A stretch of DNA of 63,863 nt, the filler included, from Octopus bimaculoides (lineage: Eukaryota): the NCBI RefSeq assembly GCF_001194135.2. It is 6 parts of 5 records of this genome, joined end to end, with 100 filler letters (N's around TTAATTAATTAA, not from the genome) between each part and the next. Parts side by side here need not be neighbours in the genome. Positions count along the whole stretch, not along the records: positions 36,860 to 57,887 come from NC_068987.1; 5 more parts are not named here. One strand, given 5' to 3'. A model generated the notes under the pieces. The model searched no databases. It had not been told where the DNA came from and saw only the letters and a program-made list of their open reading frames with translations. The first letter of the stretch is position 1. Every line of letters starts with the position of its first letter. Below, piece by piece: positions 37,005 through 49,853 of this stretch. Both the position numbers and the translations under genes were made by a program.

Positions 37005-37410
37005 AAGTAGCTTGCTTATCAACCACATGGTTCTGGGTTCAGTCCCACTGCGTAGCACCTTGGGCAAGTGTCTTCTACTAAAGCCTCGGGTCGACCAAAG
37101 CCTTGTGAGTGGATTTGGTAGACGGAAACTGAAAGAAGCCCGTCGTATATATTCGTGCGTGTATGTGTGTGTGTGTGTGTGTTTGCGCGTATGCTTGTGC
37201 GTATGTGTTTGTCCCCCAATATCGCTTGACAACCGATGCTGGTGTATTTACGTCCCCTTCACTTAGCGGTTCGACAAGAGAGACCGATAGAATAAGTACT
37301 AGGCTTACAAAGAATAAGTCCTGGGGTCGATTTGCTCGATTAAAGGCGGTGCTCCAGCATGGCCGCAGTCAAATGACTGAAACAAATAAAAGAATAAAAG
37401 AATAAAAGAA
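37005..37410 (+). mobile_element. Near full-length SINE family A
   Basis: tRNA-like B-box, body, internal (TG)n, 3' GGCGGTGCTCCAGCATGGCCGCAGTC and an (AATAAAAG)n tail. Confidence 0.92.
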
Positions 37411-38937
37411 TATATATATAACCAGATCGAACCATCTCAAGTGTAGCTGTCCGAAATGGTCGTGATTTCTGGTACTTGACTGATGAAAGAAAGCCAAGAA
37501 TGACTGTCCTTTTAATTGTTGTTCCTCTTGTCCACCTTTGTGTTGTCTATCTGGCCGAACGTTTTAATGCCCTCTATTGCGTTTTTGTTCCATCTATATA
37601 TATATATAGCGGCGTACGTACACCCCTGTTCTCACCTTATAGAAGGTATGTATGTAAATTTTGTACGACTCTTACTTACTCTATCTTTTATTCCCCCTCT
37701 CATTTTTCTTCCTTTCTCTTGCTCCCCCTTTCTCACATTTCTTGGTCCTCTCTTTCTTTAACTCCCACTATTTCCCACTCGTTTATCTTCCCTGCACCTT
37801 TCCCTCTGTCTCTGATTTTTTTCTAATCCTTCAATCCCGCTGTCCCCTAACCATCTCTCCTCCTTCTACGTGACCGGTTCCCGGTCAGCCATGATCTTTC
37901 TTTCTTGGCCTGACTGCCGACCGTCAAACACGTCTTGTGTTCATCTCTAATGTTCCTGCAATTAGGCTTTCACTTCATACACGCCACTTCAATTTGAATC
38001 GTTCTCAGTCGAAAAANNNNNNNNNNNNNNNNNNNNNNNNNNNNNNNNNNNNNNNNNNNNNNNNNNNNNNNNNNNNNNNNNNNNNNNNNNNNNNNNNNNN
38101 NNNNNNNNNNNNNNNNNNNNNNNNNNNNNNNNNNNNNNNNNNNNNNNNNNNNNNNNNNNNNNNNNNNNNNNNNNNNNNNNNNNNNNNNNNNNNNNNNNNN
38201 NNNNNNNNNNNNNNNNNNNNNNNNNNNNNNNNNNNNNNNNNNNNNNNNNNNNNNNNNNNNNNNNNNNNNNNNNNNNNNNNNNNNNNNNNNNNNNNNNNNN
38301 NNNNNNNNNNNNNNNNNNNNNNNNNNNNNNNNNNNNNNNNNNNNNNNNNNNNNNNNNNNNNNNNNNNNNNNNNNNNNNNNNNNNNNNNNNNNNNNNNNNN
38401 NNNNNNNNNNNNNNNNNNNNNNNNNNNNNNNNNNNNNNNNNNNNNNNNNNNNNNNNNNNNNNNNNNNNNNNNNNNNNTATATATATAAATGTTTTCGCAT
38501 AGGCGCATAACGAACATACATATAACAGTTCATACACATACAGAAATACATACCAATACATGTTAATACACATTCATACACATACATGTGAGTACAAAAT
38601 ATATAAATTTAATAACTGGATGTATATATACAAGATGAACCCAGACAAAATGTACATGTACAGAGACAGATAGACTAATTATTATAAGACTAGTCCTAAG
38701 TAAATATATTTAATTAATACCTCGAGAAATTGTTATTTTCTGCTTTTGATGTGATGGCTTTATGCAGACAAGGAAATAATTTGGTTGGAAGTTGAGACAA
38801 ACTAGAAAAACCACACATCTTAATAGGTTGTTGAGATGTTTTCGAAGAAGTCATAAAACTGTCGACAGTCCCCAGCTCCCTATCATGCGTCCCCTCATAC
38901 GGATAATAAATATGTAAATACACTCAGGTATACATAC

Positions 38938-38968
<31 letters not shown>

Positions 38969-38984
38969 CATACATACATACATA

Positions 38985-39721
38985 CTAATCAACAGAAGAG
39001 ACAGTGAAACCCTTAGAATTCCAAAATGCAACTGTAAATGTAGATTATGTCATATTTCTGTGAAAGACAATCACACGTGATTAACAGCTGCCCAGAAATA
39101 TCATCAAGGTGCGACATGATGTTGTCGCCAAAACAATATACAATGCCATTCGGAAAAAATGACTGTCCTGCAATGAATATGGACAAACCCCCTGTTATTG
39201 AATACGTTTACAATTACCATCACGTGGAATACTGGTGTAACATTCCCATCAAAACGTCTGTCAAGCGTAAGCATAACAGGCCGGGTATTGTTGTTTGGGA
39301 CAGATAAAAAAGTATATATGTACCGTCATAGAGGTCAGCTGTCCTGCTGATGTGAAGATCTCTTTGAAGATCAAAGAAAAATAAGATAACTATTGACAAT
39401 TGTTTCGAAACCTCCAGCTAATATATCTGGATCACAAATTTACATTTATACCAATAATAATTGGAACACTTGGTTTTGTAATTAAATTCCTAACTGTCAG
39501 TCTAGGATAGGATAAGATTTTCAGAAAAAGAAATCAACCGACTCATTCGCACATTACTAATACAATCTGAAAGCGGAACAGTAAGACTATGCAAGACTTT
39601 TCTGGGGTTTAAAATGTGACATTGTTTTCGTTGTCTACATTCCAATGATGGAGCTTTGTATCTTTGTTAGAAAGCAGCTCCTTCTTTAGAGGAAGATTTT
39701 AAATGGTTAAATACAGAAGAG

Positions 39722-39722
<1 letters not shown>
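38985..39722 (+). mobile_element. R4/Dong-type LINE 3' fragment, second subfamily, between (TACA)n tracts
   Basis: CRLCHISVKDNHHVINSC knuckle, YWCNIPIKTSVKRKHNRPGIVVWD, VIEVSCPAD, FIPIIIGTLG. Confidence 0.85.
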
Positions 39723-39754
<32 letters not shown>

Positions 39755-39850
39755 CACGCATGCATACATACATACATACATACATACATACATACATACA
39801 TACATACGTACGTACGTACATACATACATACATACATACATACATACATA

Positions 39851-41698
39851 CTCTCTGAAATGTTTATACTTCCTGTAAACCCTTGTCATTCATGTTGAGG
39901 AAGTTTGAAATGTATCTCACTGATTCACAAAGAAACAGAAATCCCAAAATTACACAGTTTCTTTGTGGATGACTTTGAAAATGCATGAGATGAAAAAGAG
40001 TATGGTTACAACTTTCTCAAAAGATATAAGGTTGGAGTTTGGTCAGGATAAATGTTGCTATATGATTGTAAAAAGAGGGAAAACTGTGAACCAGACTCGC
40101 AGCATCACCATCAATGACTTACCTGTTTCTCTATATCTGATGAGGAATGTTACAGGTACCTAGGGGTGGATGTGAATATATCCTACGATGGTACTTGTAA
40201 TAAGACACGAATCACTAAAGAATATTACAGCTGAATAAAGAACATATGTACCTCGGAACTCTTTGCATTCAATAAAACAGTGGCACACAATGTGTTTGCT
40301 GTACTAGTAATCATACCAATATTTGGGATGCTTGATTGGACGCTTGAGCCATTGCTGTGAAAACCCAGAAGATTCTAACCAGCACAAATAATTTCCACAT
40401 CAACAGCGACATAGACTTCTACCTAGAATTAAAACAAGATGGCAATGGCTTAACATCGATTCAGAATGCCTTTGAATGTCGTACCATCCCTTCAGCAACA
40501 TCTTTTAACCACCAAGTGTGCATCCCTTGATCAAGTTTGCATACAAGAGGCTGATAACATCATGAGACTTGGAAAGCAGCTCCTTAAGCAGCATTCTTGT
40601 CTGGTAATATTTGAATATATGCCCAAAGAAGTCACACGACTCAACCGCAATGAATCATTTGAAAGGATGAGCGTATAACAGCAGAAGACCATGCATGGGT
40701 ATGTTAGCAGAAAGCTCTGAGATGATAGTAACATTGATAAATCAAAGCAGTCTATCATAGACCAACAATTGGATTACTAACTCCCACTTTAAAGGGTATC
40801 CGTCTGCAATCTAGGAACAGGAAATTTCAACCAAACACCTGATGCACAAAAGGGATAGAGATGCAGGCAAAACACCAAAATATGATTACCAATGCAAATT
40901 TCGTGGAGTTAACACCGAAGATATCACCCACATCATAAGCAGTTATTCAAAAATGCCATCACAGTATTATCTACTGATGAGACATAGGACGCTATAACTA
41001 GGATACTGTGTAATGAGATCCATCGGAGAGATAACCCTGAAGCCAAGGAAATAAGAACCCACAGTACTCTAGAAGCCATAGCCACTCATAATAAGGTATA
41101 CTGGTGGAATGTCCCAGTGAAAACTTCAATAAGATGTAAACTTGATAAACCTGACATATGGATTTGGGATAGAGAAGAGAAACTGTGCAGTTGTGGAAAT
41201 CAGCTGCCCAACGGATGTTAACATAGAGCTAAAGATCAGCTAAAAAGAAAATACTTATACTAGACTATTGAGAAATCTACAGTTACTCTACCCAGATAAC
41301 AAGTTTAGGTTTATACCTTTAATTATTGGAGCACTTGGATATGTAACACACTGCCTAAATATCCATCTTGAGAAATTAGGCTTCTCAAAACCAGAACGAA
41401 AAAAGTTGAATTAAAGGCAACAGATCCATGTCAACACTGGAACTGTAAAAACCTATAAAACTTTCATTTAAGTATATATGCATATGTCTAGCCATGCAGC
41501 TATATGCATAAGAATATATACATAAAATAATACATACAAATCTGCACACGCAGTGACTCCAAATACTGTACATGTACACAAATACACCGAAAAATACCCT
41601 GTTGATGTTGAAATTCCAATGAAGAAGCCTTGGATCTAGGTTAGACACTGGTTCACTCTCTATTGGCAAGAAATCTTGAAATGAAACTGAATAATGAC
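39851..41698 (+). mobile_element. Long decayed R4/Dong-type LINE (RT domains 5-7, knuckle, REL, 3' UTR)
   Basis: NPLSFML, FVDD, TFSKDIRLEFGQDKC, YRYLG, FGMLDWT, FHINSDID, EDITHIISS, KPDIWIWD, VVEISCP, FIPLIIGALG; many stops and frameshifts. Confidence 0.9.
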
Positions 41699-42098
41699 AT
41701 ACGTACATATACACAAATGCATATGTACACAAACATGCACGTACATAGACACGCATATCTATCTATTCGTCTGTCTGTCTAAGAATCTCTCTTTCTCTCT
41801 CTCTTTCTTACTCTCTCTCCGTATATATATATATATATATTATAAATTAACTACCAATAAAAATAATTGGTAAGCTAACTCAAAGCATCATCACCAAAAT
41901 AGTAGAAAAAAACGACAGTGAAGGTATGCAGACTCTTCAAGAATCGATCCTTTTGGTTATATTAATAATAATAAAGGAGTTACGACGCAAAAACGTATAT
42001 ATTCAAATGAACATATTTATCTTCTTCAATATATATTTCAGTATAAAGAATTCATTAAGAGACTTAATAAATCAAAATTTCTTTACACATCTTCAGGA

Positions 42099-42224
42099 AT
42101 AAATATAACATCAGAAAAACTACATTCGGTTTAAAAATACAAACCATTCATGGCGAAAAAATTTTTTCGCCATGAACGGTTTGTATTTTTAAACCGAATG
42201 TAGTTTTTCTGATGTTATATTTAT
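42099..42224. repeat. 126-bp loopless palindrome with one mismatch, ending at a gap
   Basis: Centre at 42161/42162 (A6|T6); the arms are complementary except 42146 versus 42177. Confidence 0.93.
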
Positions 42225-43204
42225 NNNNNNNNNNNNNNNNNNNNNNNNNNNNNNNNNNNNNNNNNNNNNNNNNNNNNNNNNNNNNNNNNNNNNNNNNNNN
42301 NNNNNNNNNNNNNNNNNNNNNNNNNNNNNNNNNNNNNNNNNNNNNNNNNNNNNNNNNNNNNNNNNNNNNNNNNNNNNNNNNNNNNNNNNNNNNNNNNNNN
42401 NNNNNNNNNNNNNNNNNNNNNNNNNNNNNNNNNNNNNNNNNNNNNNNNNNNNNNNNNNNNNNNNNNNNNNNNNNNNNNNNNNNNNNNNNNNNNNNNNNNN
42501 NNNNNNNNNNNNNNNNNNNNNNNNNNNNNNNNNNNNNNNNNNNNNNNNNNNNNNNNNNNNNNNNNNNNNNNNNNNNNNNNNNNNNNNNNNNNNNNNNNNN
42601 NNNNNNNNNNNNNNNNNNNNNNNNNNNNNNNNNNNNNNNNNNNNNNNNNNNNNNNNNNNNNNNNNNNNNNNNNNNNNNNNNNNNNNNNNNNNNNNNNNNN
42701 NNNNNNNNNNNNNNNNNNNNNNNNNNNNNNNNNNNNNNNNNNNNNNNNNNNNNNNNNNNNNNNNNNNNNNNNNNNNNNNNNNNNNNNNNNNNNNNNNNNN
42801 NNNNNNNTTGGCAGGGAGCTGTTTAGGGAGAGAGGCTATGAACGCTATACTAAGAGTTTAAATTAAAGGAAGACATAATGAACCGTAGAAAAATCTTAAA
42901 GTTAATAATAATGGTAATAAAAATTCATTGTAATTTGGAAGGAGGAAGGGAGAGAATCCAATGAATTCTTTATATACGACTAATGTAAATAAAACGTTTA
43001 TAAAGAAGGAAAATTAAAGATGGATTGTAAATATAATTAACCATTAATGTTGTATCATATTAAGTTGCGGTAATTAACCTAAATAAATGGCAATACAAGG
43101 TACAAAACTATAAAGTGATGAAATAATAAGAATAAACATGCTTACGATAACAAAATCGATAGTAAATACGTAAATATATATAAATATACTTTAAACTCTA
43201 CGAA

Positions 43205-43900
43205 TATAACTTTTCGGGGTTTAAACCTGCTGTACTAAACTAGAGGAGAGAGAGTGTAAACAACTGGCGTTGGAGTTAGATATAATTGTTATTTTAGATA
43301 ATATTATAATGTTATTATTTTCATTATTGTTATTATTATTATTATAAACGTAAAAATAAATTTATTATTATTACTATTATTGTTATTGTTTAAAGTTAAA
43401 TAAAAATAAATACAAAGTGGGGTGATAGTTCATACCACATGTAAAGTGGCTGTCAACTAGTGAGTATGTTGGTAGGTGAACAAAAAATAACTAAAATTAG
43501 TAAAAAGGATGAAATTAATGAAACGAGCTGAAGGTGTGTTTTCTCCAATGCTGGCTCTCTGTGTTATCTGGTTCACTAAATTATTCTTGGAGAACAGAAT
43601 GTGAAATAGCTCCATGTTACAGAGAGGACAAAAATCTTTACCCTTGTCGTAGGGTATTGAGGTAGCCAGTTTTGACCATTCCAAAGAGAATTGTTTATTG
43701 CAGTACTTAAGTTTCCAGATTAACTTACTAAGACTGGTACTATTATTTTTATTCCTATGCCTAAAGGATGAGTAATGGTTGGAGATTCTCTCAGAGACCT
43801 GCGTCGAAGAGCAACCAATGTAATGCGAGCCCTCCGTGTTAGTTATTACCTTACATTGATAAACCACATTTTTGGTCCTAGCATTCACACTTAAAAACTT
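43205..43900 (-). mobile_element. Penelope-like element GIY-YIG endonuclease relic plus 3' region
   Basis: NVVYQCKV...HYIGCSSTQVSERISNHYSSF...STSLSKLIWKLK...LEWS...FCPLCNME, the typical PLE GIY-YIG signature. Confidence 0.88.
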
Positions 43901-44211
43901 GATTCTATTACAATTAGATTCCGAGATACTAATCTTATTGTTGTGATAGTCATTGTTATATTTACTAACGTTGTACTTGTTACCTATATTTTTATCTAAA
44001 TAACCATTGCTACTGGAGTAATGTTTTTTTATTATTATTATCATTATTATTATTATTATCCCTGAAGATGAAATTATATGTATACCAGCATCTCTTACTT
44101 CTTTGGAGTAGAGTGCATATAATTTTTGAAACATATGTAGGAATTAAAGGAACTTATTGATTATATGCGTTTTGCTCCATTTATTATTATTCTATATATA
44201 TATAGAGAGAG

Positions 44212-44259
<48 letters not shown>

Positions 44260-44263
<4 letters not shown>

Positions 44264-44480
44264 CACGTGACTGACCACACTATCAGATGTTACACATCGC
44301 TGGTCACAATGTGCTTTGCGTCGTTTAAGTTTTCGAATGACGCTATCCCGCTGGCTAGGCAAACAGGCCAACATTCCTCCACTGATCAATAAGGGAAATG
44401 GTGCAACGTGCCGCCCGGTCTGGGAATCGAACCCACGATCTACCGATCGTGAGTGCAACAACGTAACCACTAAACCACAC
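44260..44480 (-). mobile_element. tRNA-derived SINE, family C
   Basis: Minus-strand head GTGGTTTAGTGGTT...GGTTCGATTCCC; no complete cloverleaf or 3' acceptor end. Confidence 0.7.
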
Positions 44481-44540
44481 ACGCACATATGATGTGTGTG
44501 TGTACGCATGTATGTACGTATGTTTGTATGTATGTATGTA

Positions 44541-44571
<31 letters not shown>

Positions 44572-45047
44572 NNNNNNNNNNNNNNNNNNNNNNNNNNNNN
44601 NNNNNNNNNNNNNNNNNNNNNNNNNNNNNNNNNNNNNNNNNNNNNNNNNNNNNNNNNNNNNNNNNNNNNNNNNNNNNNNNNNNNNNNNNNNNNNNNNNNN
44701 NNNNNNNNNNNNNNNNNNNNNNNNNNNNNNNNNNNNNNNNNNNNNNNNNNNNNNNNNNNNNNNNNNNNNNNNNNNNNNNNNNNNNNNNNNNNNNNNNNNN
44801 NCTTGGAGGTGCCAGATCATTAAGCTTCTGGGGAAAAAGCTAGCGAATGTATACACAGACGGAAACAAACAAGACAAGCTGAAATAACAGTACGTATACA
44901 ACAAAAGACATAAGTACAACAGAAAAGGAATTATGCATATATAACAGAACAAAGCTTTTCGGCTATACAACAGAAGAAAAGGAATGATTATAAATATATA
45001 CCACAAATAAAGACACACGCACGCACGCACGCACGCACACACGCACT

Positions 45048-45081
<34 letters not shown>

Positions 45082-45789
45082 GTGCCTCAGTACGGCCGAA
45101 GCTCTCGAGTTGAAACTAGTAAGATAGAAACAAAAAATATATATACTCACACGCACGCAAATACATAGATACACAAATGTATAGACATGTACGGCAGAAT
45201 AAAATAGCTTAACTATGCTAACTAAAAATTTGGTAGTACTTCGCTTTCAGAAAAAAGAAAATATTTTAGGTAGACAACAATTTACCTGGAGATTATATGG
45301 AGGGCTGCATCAGGTAACATTCCTATTTCTATTTTTTCTGTTAGTATGAGTAATTTTGATGGTTATGCTTTACGGATTCGGCTTGGTACACTGAGTGTTC
45401 ATTTTAGGAATATGGATATAATTTTTGTGGTGTGGTAAGTGTATTGCTTAGTTTGGTATTCCTTGTATTTTGATTTCCACCGTTATTATGGCTCACTTGT
45501 TTTTGACCTTATAATTATTGATATCAGAATTGTAATCGCTATTATTAGTTCTGCCTAGATTATTAATATGGGTATTATTCTTATTGTCATTATCTTTAAC
45601 CTTTTCCTTATCATCCTTATTAGTGCTCTCATTGTTGTTACGCTTATTCAAAGCGTTACTATTGGTATTCCGTTCATTACGGCTAGTAGTACAGGAACGG
45701 TTATTATCAATACTATTTTTTCTGTCATGAAATTCTTTAATTTTTTTTTAAAGTTCGGAACTTTAGAGCGGTTCATGTCACTAGATAAG

Positions 45790-46105
45790 GTATTTGTATG
45801 CCTCGGTGTACAAGATTTTCCTGTTGATTTATCTGCACTTTCATTATACGAATATTTCGTGTAATTTTGGGGCTTGGGATTAGCAATCTTATCCTTATAG
45901 ACGTATCTAATAAGTGCATCATTTTAATACCAGGCTATGTTGTTAAATATTTTCCTCCTCGCAGATTATTTAGATACTTGAACAGAGACACTTTCACGAT
46001 TTCATTGATCATTGATTTATGTTGGATTTTGTGTAGAATTTTGCTCATGGTAAGGATAGAACAATCCAGAAGAGATGTCAATGTTTATTGCTTTATTTGT
46101 AATAA
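45790..46105 (-). mobile_element. Penelope-like RT C-terminal relic
   Basis: Broken frame DISSGLFYPYHEQN..NPT*IN...IFNNIAWY*NDALIRYVYKDKI, resembling the PLE G.Y.PY.KPN..P.YI / FN..A..Y..AL...GY segment. Confidence 0.55.
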
Positions 46106-49100
46106 TGAAATTACAAATAATGCACAATATAAAAATTCCCGGCATCTATAGTTTGTAAGGAAACCCTAGGGCAACGGTTCTCAACCATTTTTTGCCTATG
46201 GACCCATTCGATTCCTACTTTACTCTCCTCGAACTCCATAACCATTCTATGTACATAGAAAAATTCCTACTGTATTTTTATAATTAAATATTAGGAATTG
46301 TATTAAAAAAAAACTAAAATATCTTGTTTATTGTAAAAGTATAAGCAATTTACTGCACATAAATTTTAACAATAAAATCTTATATGGATTCCCAAGGGCC
46401 ACATAGATCCCGATTGAAAACCACTGCCCAAGGGGAAGAATAATCTCTTAACAGGAATTATAGGCTTGTGATCGCTAAACCTTTCAAAGAGTGTTTTATG
46501 ATTTGTTTAATCTCTTCTGAAATTTAACAGAAAGAAATAAATGAAGACCTGTAGCAATTTTTATACAAGGATTACATGGGGCATGAAATGTATTTCAAGG
46601 GTTTGAAATGTACCCTACTTTACAATTTTAGTTTGCCGAGAATTCCTATATCTCCCTGAAGATTTGATTATCATGGATCTCAACTTGCCAGGAAGTGACC
46701 CACACACTTTTGTTTCAAGACCATCCTCTGCAGCACTTCTGCAATGAGATAGGTAGTATCAGTGACAAACATATATAAGGCACTGACAAATCCTATGAAG
46801 GGCGAAACGCATCTATTATTCACGTGGGTTACTACAGCGATGATGTTTGTCTCACCCCGATATATATTGTATTTTCAACACAAAATGTCTAGGAAAAGAT
46901 TTTATTTCAGATAAAATACCACGGTATCATGCCTTTCAATGGTGTATATGCATTTAAAATGATACACAGATGGCGATAACTCATTCTTGTTAATATTATT
47001 AATACGTATATGAACGAAAATACTCTCCGCGCATTCAGTGCATTTATTATTATTGTGATTATATTAATATAAATAAAAAGACATAGATAAACGGAGCTCG
47101 TGATCCGTGTTATTATCATGAATGTACTATTGACAAAAATAATACCAAGTTATTACCGTCAATAATACATTTATAATAGGTCTCAACTGTAATGAATGGC
47201 ATATAAACACATAATTGAAACCAAGCTTCATTATTCAGTGACTGAGGAAAAATAATGTTAAAATTAGGCAATTTTGTTTATTCTTTATCAAGTTAATTCT
47301 TATTATAGAAATGTCATCATAAATCAGAGTTTTAAAAGGGAAAGGAAAGGATTGAATGAGATCAAATTTCATTTGAACGGCAACAAACGCATTTTGCTTT
47401 CCTTTTTTTTTTTTTGTCTATGTCAAGTGATTCCTTCCAGATAAACTAGCCTGGACGAACTTGAAACACACACAGACATGCGCGCGAGTCATCCATCACT
47501 CGGACAATGATGACAAATAAACCAAATTAATCTTTTTACCTGTCATATGACGGGTAGCTTTGCCATCATAGGTAATATCAGAAAATATGGCATACGTACA
47601 ATAATTATAGTTTAATTTTCATCAAATTTCTTGGTGCTTATACAAAATGATGGAATGAATAGCAATTCTCTAAAGAAAAATGTTTAGCATCTTAAAACAG
47701 AATTAATCAAAACAAATTTCTCGATTGTATAACTCCTCCCATAACTACTCAGTCAATTTGCTCCCTCTCCTCTTCGTCTACCTCTATGATTCTGCTTCAC
47801 TGCATGCAGTGTTCCTTTTTTTATTGCCTGCCACGACGTCTGGGCTATGCACCCATCTTGCGCCTCTAACGTTAACTCTGACTGTATCTATCTTTGGCTC
47901 TCTCACTTCCTCTCTCAATATGCTATAAGTGTGACTGGAGAAACCAGACAATCAACCAACCATCGGCTGTTATTATAAAACATTTGTTTGACTGTGTCAT
48001 TGGAATATGAGAAAGAGAGATTATCTTGCACTGTCTGGGTTAATGAAGATGGGGAGGACAAAAATTCCAAGAGAATTTTCAAAATATGATTTCAGTCATA
48101 AATTTCCTGTCCTTTAATGGATCATAAAATTAAAATGATGAAAAACAAATGAGTGGCTGATTACTTTGAAATAGATGTAAAAGAAAAAGAGTTATTGTTT
48201 TCTATGTCGTCTAATAACTAAACTTCTACATTGATGGCGTTTCTACTCTTTGTTTTATTTCAGGTGTAAAACATTCAGATGTAGGTTGTGGAGCCCCAAC
48301 CAAAAACTTATTACGCAAGCGCAGTATTCATCACAAGCCATGTATTGCCAACAGGCAGAACTTGGTAATACTATCATCGCATAAATCATCTTTTGGTCTT
48401 TCGGTACCAAAGAAATGTCGAGACCTGACATTTCTTTGATAGAAAATTTTACAACGCATACCGGTATTACCGTCTTTCTTAGAGAGTGAGGACGAGCTGA
48501 AAATTTCATGAGAATTTTGGAAGGGATTAGTCAATGTGGTAGCATTGTGAATGATTATTTGGAGTTTAGGCTTCTCAAATTAAAAAAAAAGTTCGTTACT
48601 ATTTGGTTATCAAACGAGGTCATTTAGCTACTGTATCATCCGATTAAATGACGAATGTTAATCCACCAACACCTAGCCATTTCTATATTATATCACATGA
48701 GATGGAGATTTTTGTTCAGGGTCGTGTACATTTGCTCTTCTTCGGCCGTACCATTGACAGTGAACACCATAACTCTTCGCAAACAACTTGAACTCTGTAT
48801 TCACCAGTTATAGACCATAAGCTATCTGCAACGTTCCCACTTGTCAGCATTCCTTCTTTAGTATCGTTATAATTCTTCGGCTAATAGTACTGGAAATTCC
48901 CCTGTTTTGCCGCCAGTTACGGTAGACAACTTTCAAGATAACGTCGCTTGAGCTTGCATATTTCACACATAGTGCAACTGTTCATCGCTTCTGTATCTTC
49001 TGCTGTTAGCTGCAGCAGGTTGTCTACCATCTGCGATACAACACCAGCCTTGAACAGTCGAGCAAAATGTTGCAGAAAAGTCGCACGCGTCTAGTTGGAA

Positions 49101-49138
49101 CTCAGTAGCACACACCCATCCCAGTCTGTCATTGTGGT

Positions 49139-49194
49139 ATTGTTACCACATTGCGCTATTGTTACCACATTGCGCTATTGTTACCACATTGCGC
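49139..49194. repeat. 19-bp tandem repeat ATTGTTACCACATTGCGCT x3
   Basis: Read directly. Confidence 0.9.
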
Positions 49195-49815
49195 CCTCGC
49201 TATTCGGCCCATTGGATAGCTTTTATTCCTCTGTTTTAACGTACGTTGCCTACTCTGACAATGCAACCATCATGTTTCATTTTGAAGAAATGATATCGGG
49301 GTCCATTCTCACCTCTAGCTCGTTAATCGCGATGCCTTTACTAAGTATCTCTCCTTAACTGCTTCTCTCTCTCTCTCTCTCTCTTGCTCACTTTTTACTA
49401 AGCACTATCGATTCTAATCAAATCCTCTTCTTCAAGGTGTCTCACACTGGTTGTTAACAATGGCTCTGTGAACATTTTTTAAAGTAAAACAGATGCTAAA
49501 TGTCAGGGTAATGAGTGAAAGACTGCAAAAAAGGGAAATATTAAATAAAATTCGTGTGGGAAGTAAATTGGTGTAATGTGAGGAAAGACGAGATTTTATA
49601 GTGAGAAGGGAGAGAAGTTGCGGCGCTTCCGACGGAATCCTTCTTCACAAAGAAATGAGATAACTGCTACGTGATCACTCGATCTACTAGAAAACGCAAC
49701 CAAATCTTTCTCATATTCCACCCAACTGTCTTTAAAAAAAGAACGAACGATACAATGTAAGTTCGGGGAAAAACTATTGCTTGAGGGGACGGAATGGTCG
49801 CGTTGAGAATCGAAT

Positions 49816-49853
<38 letters not shown>

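Noticed and set aside
44400-44480. tRNA gene
   Set aside because: A and B boxes are present but the sequence continues into a SINE body without a full cloverleaf; no genuine tRNA or rRNA gene was seen in the window.
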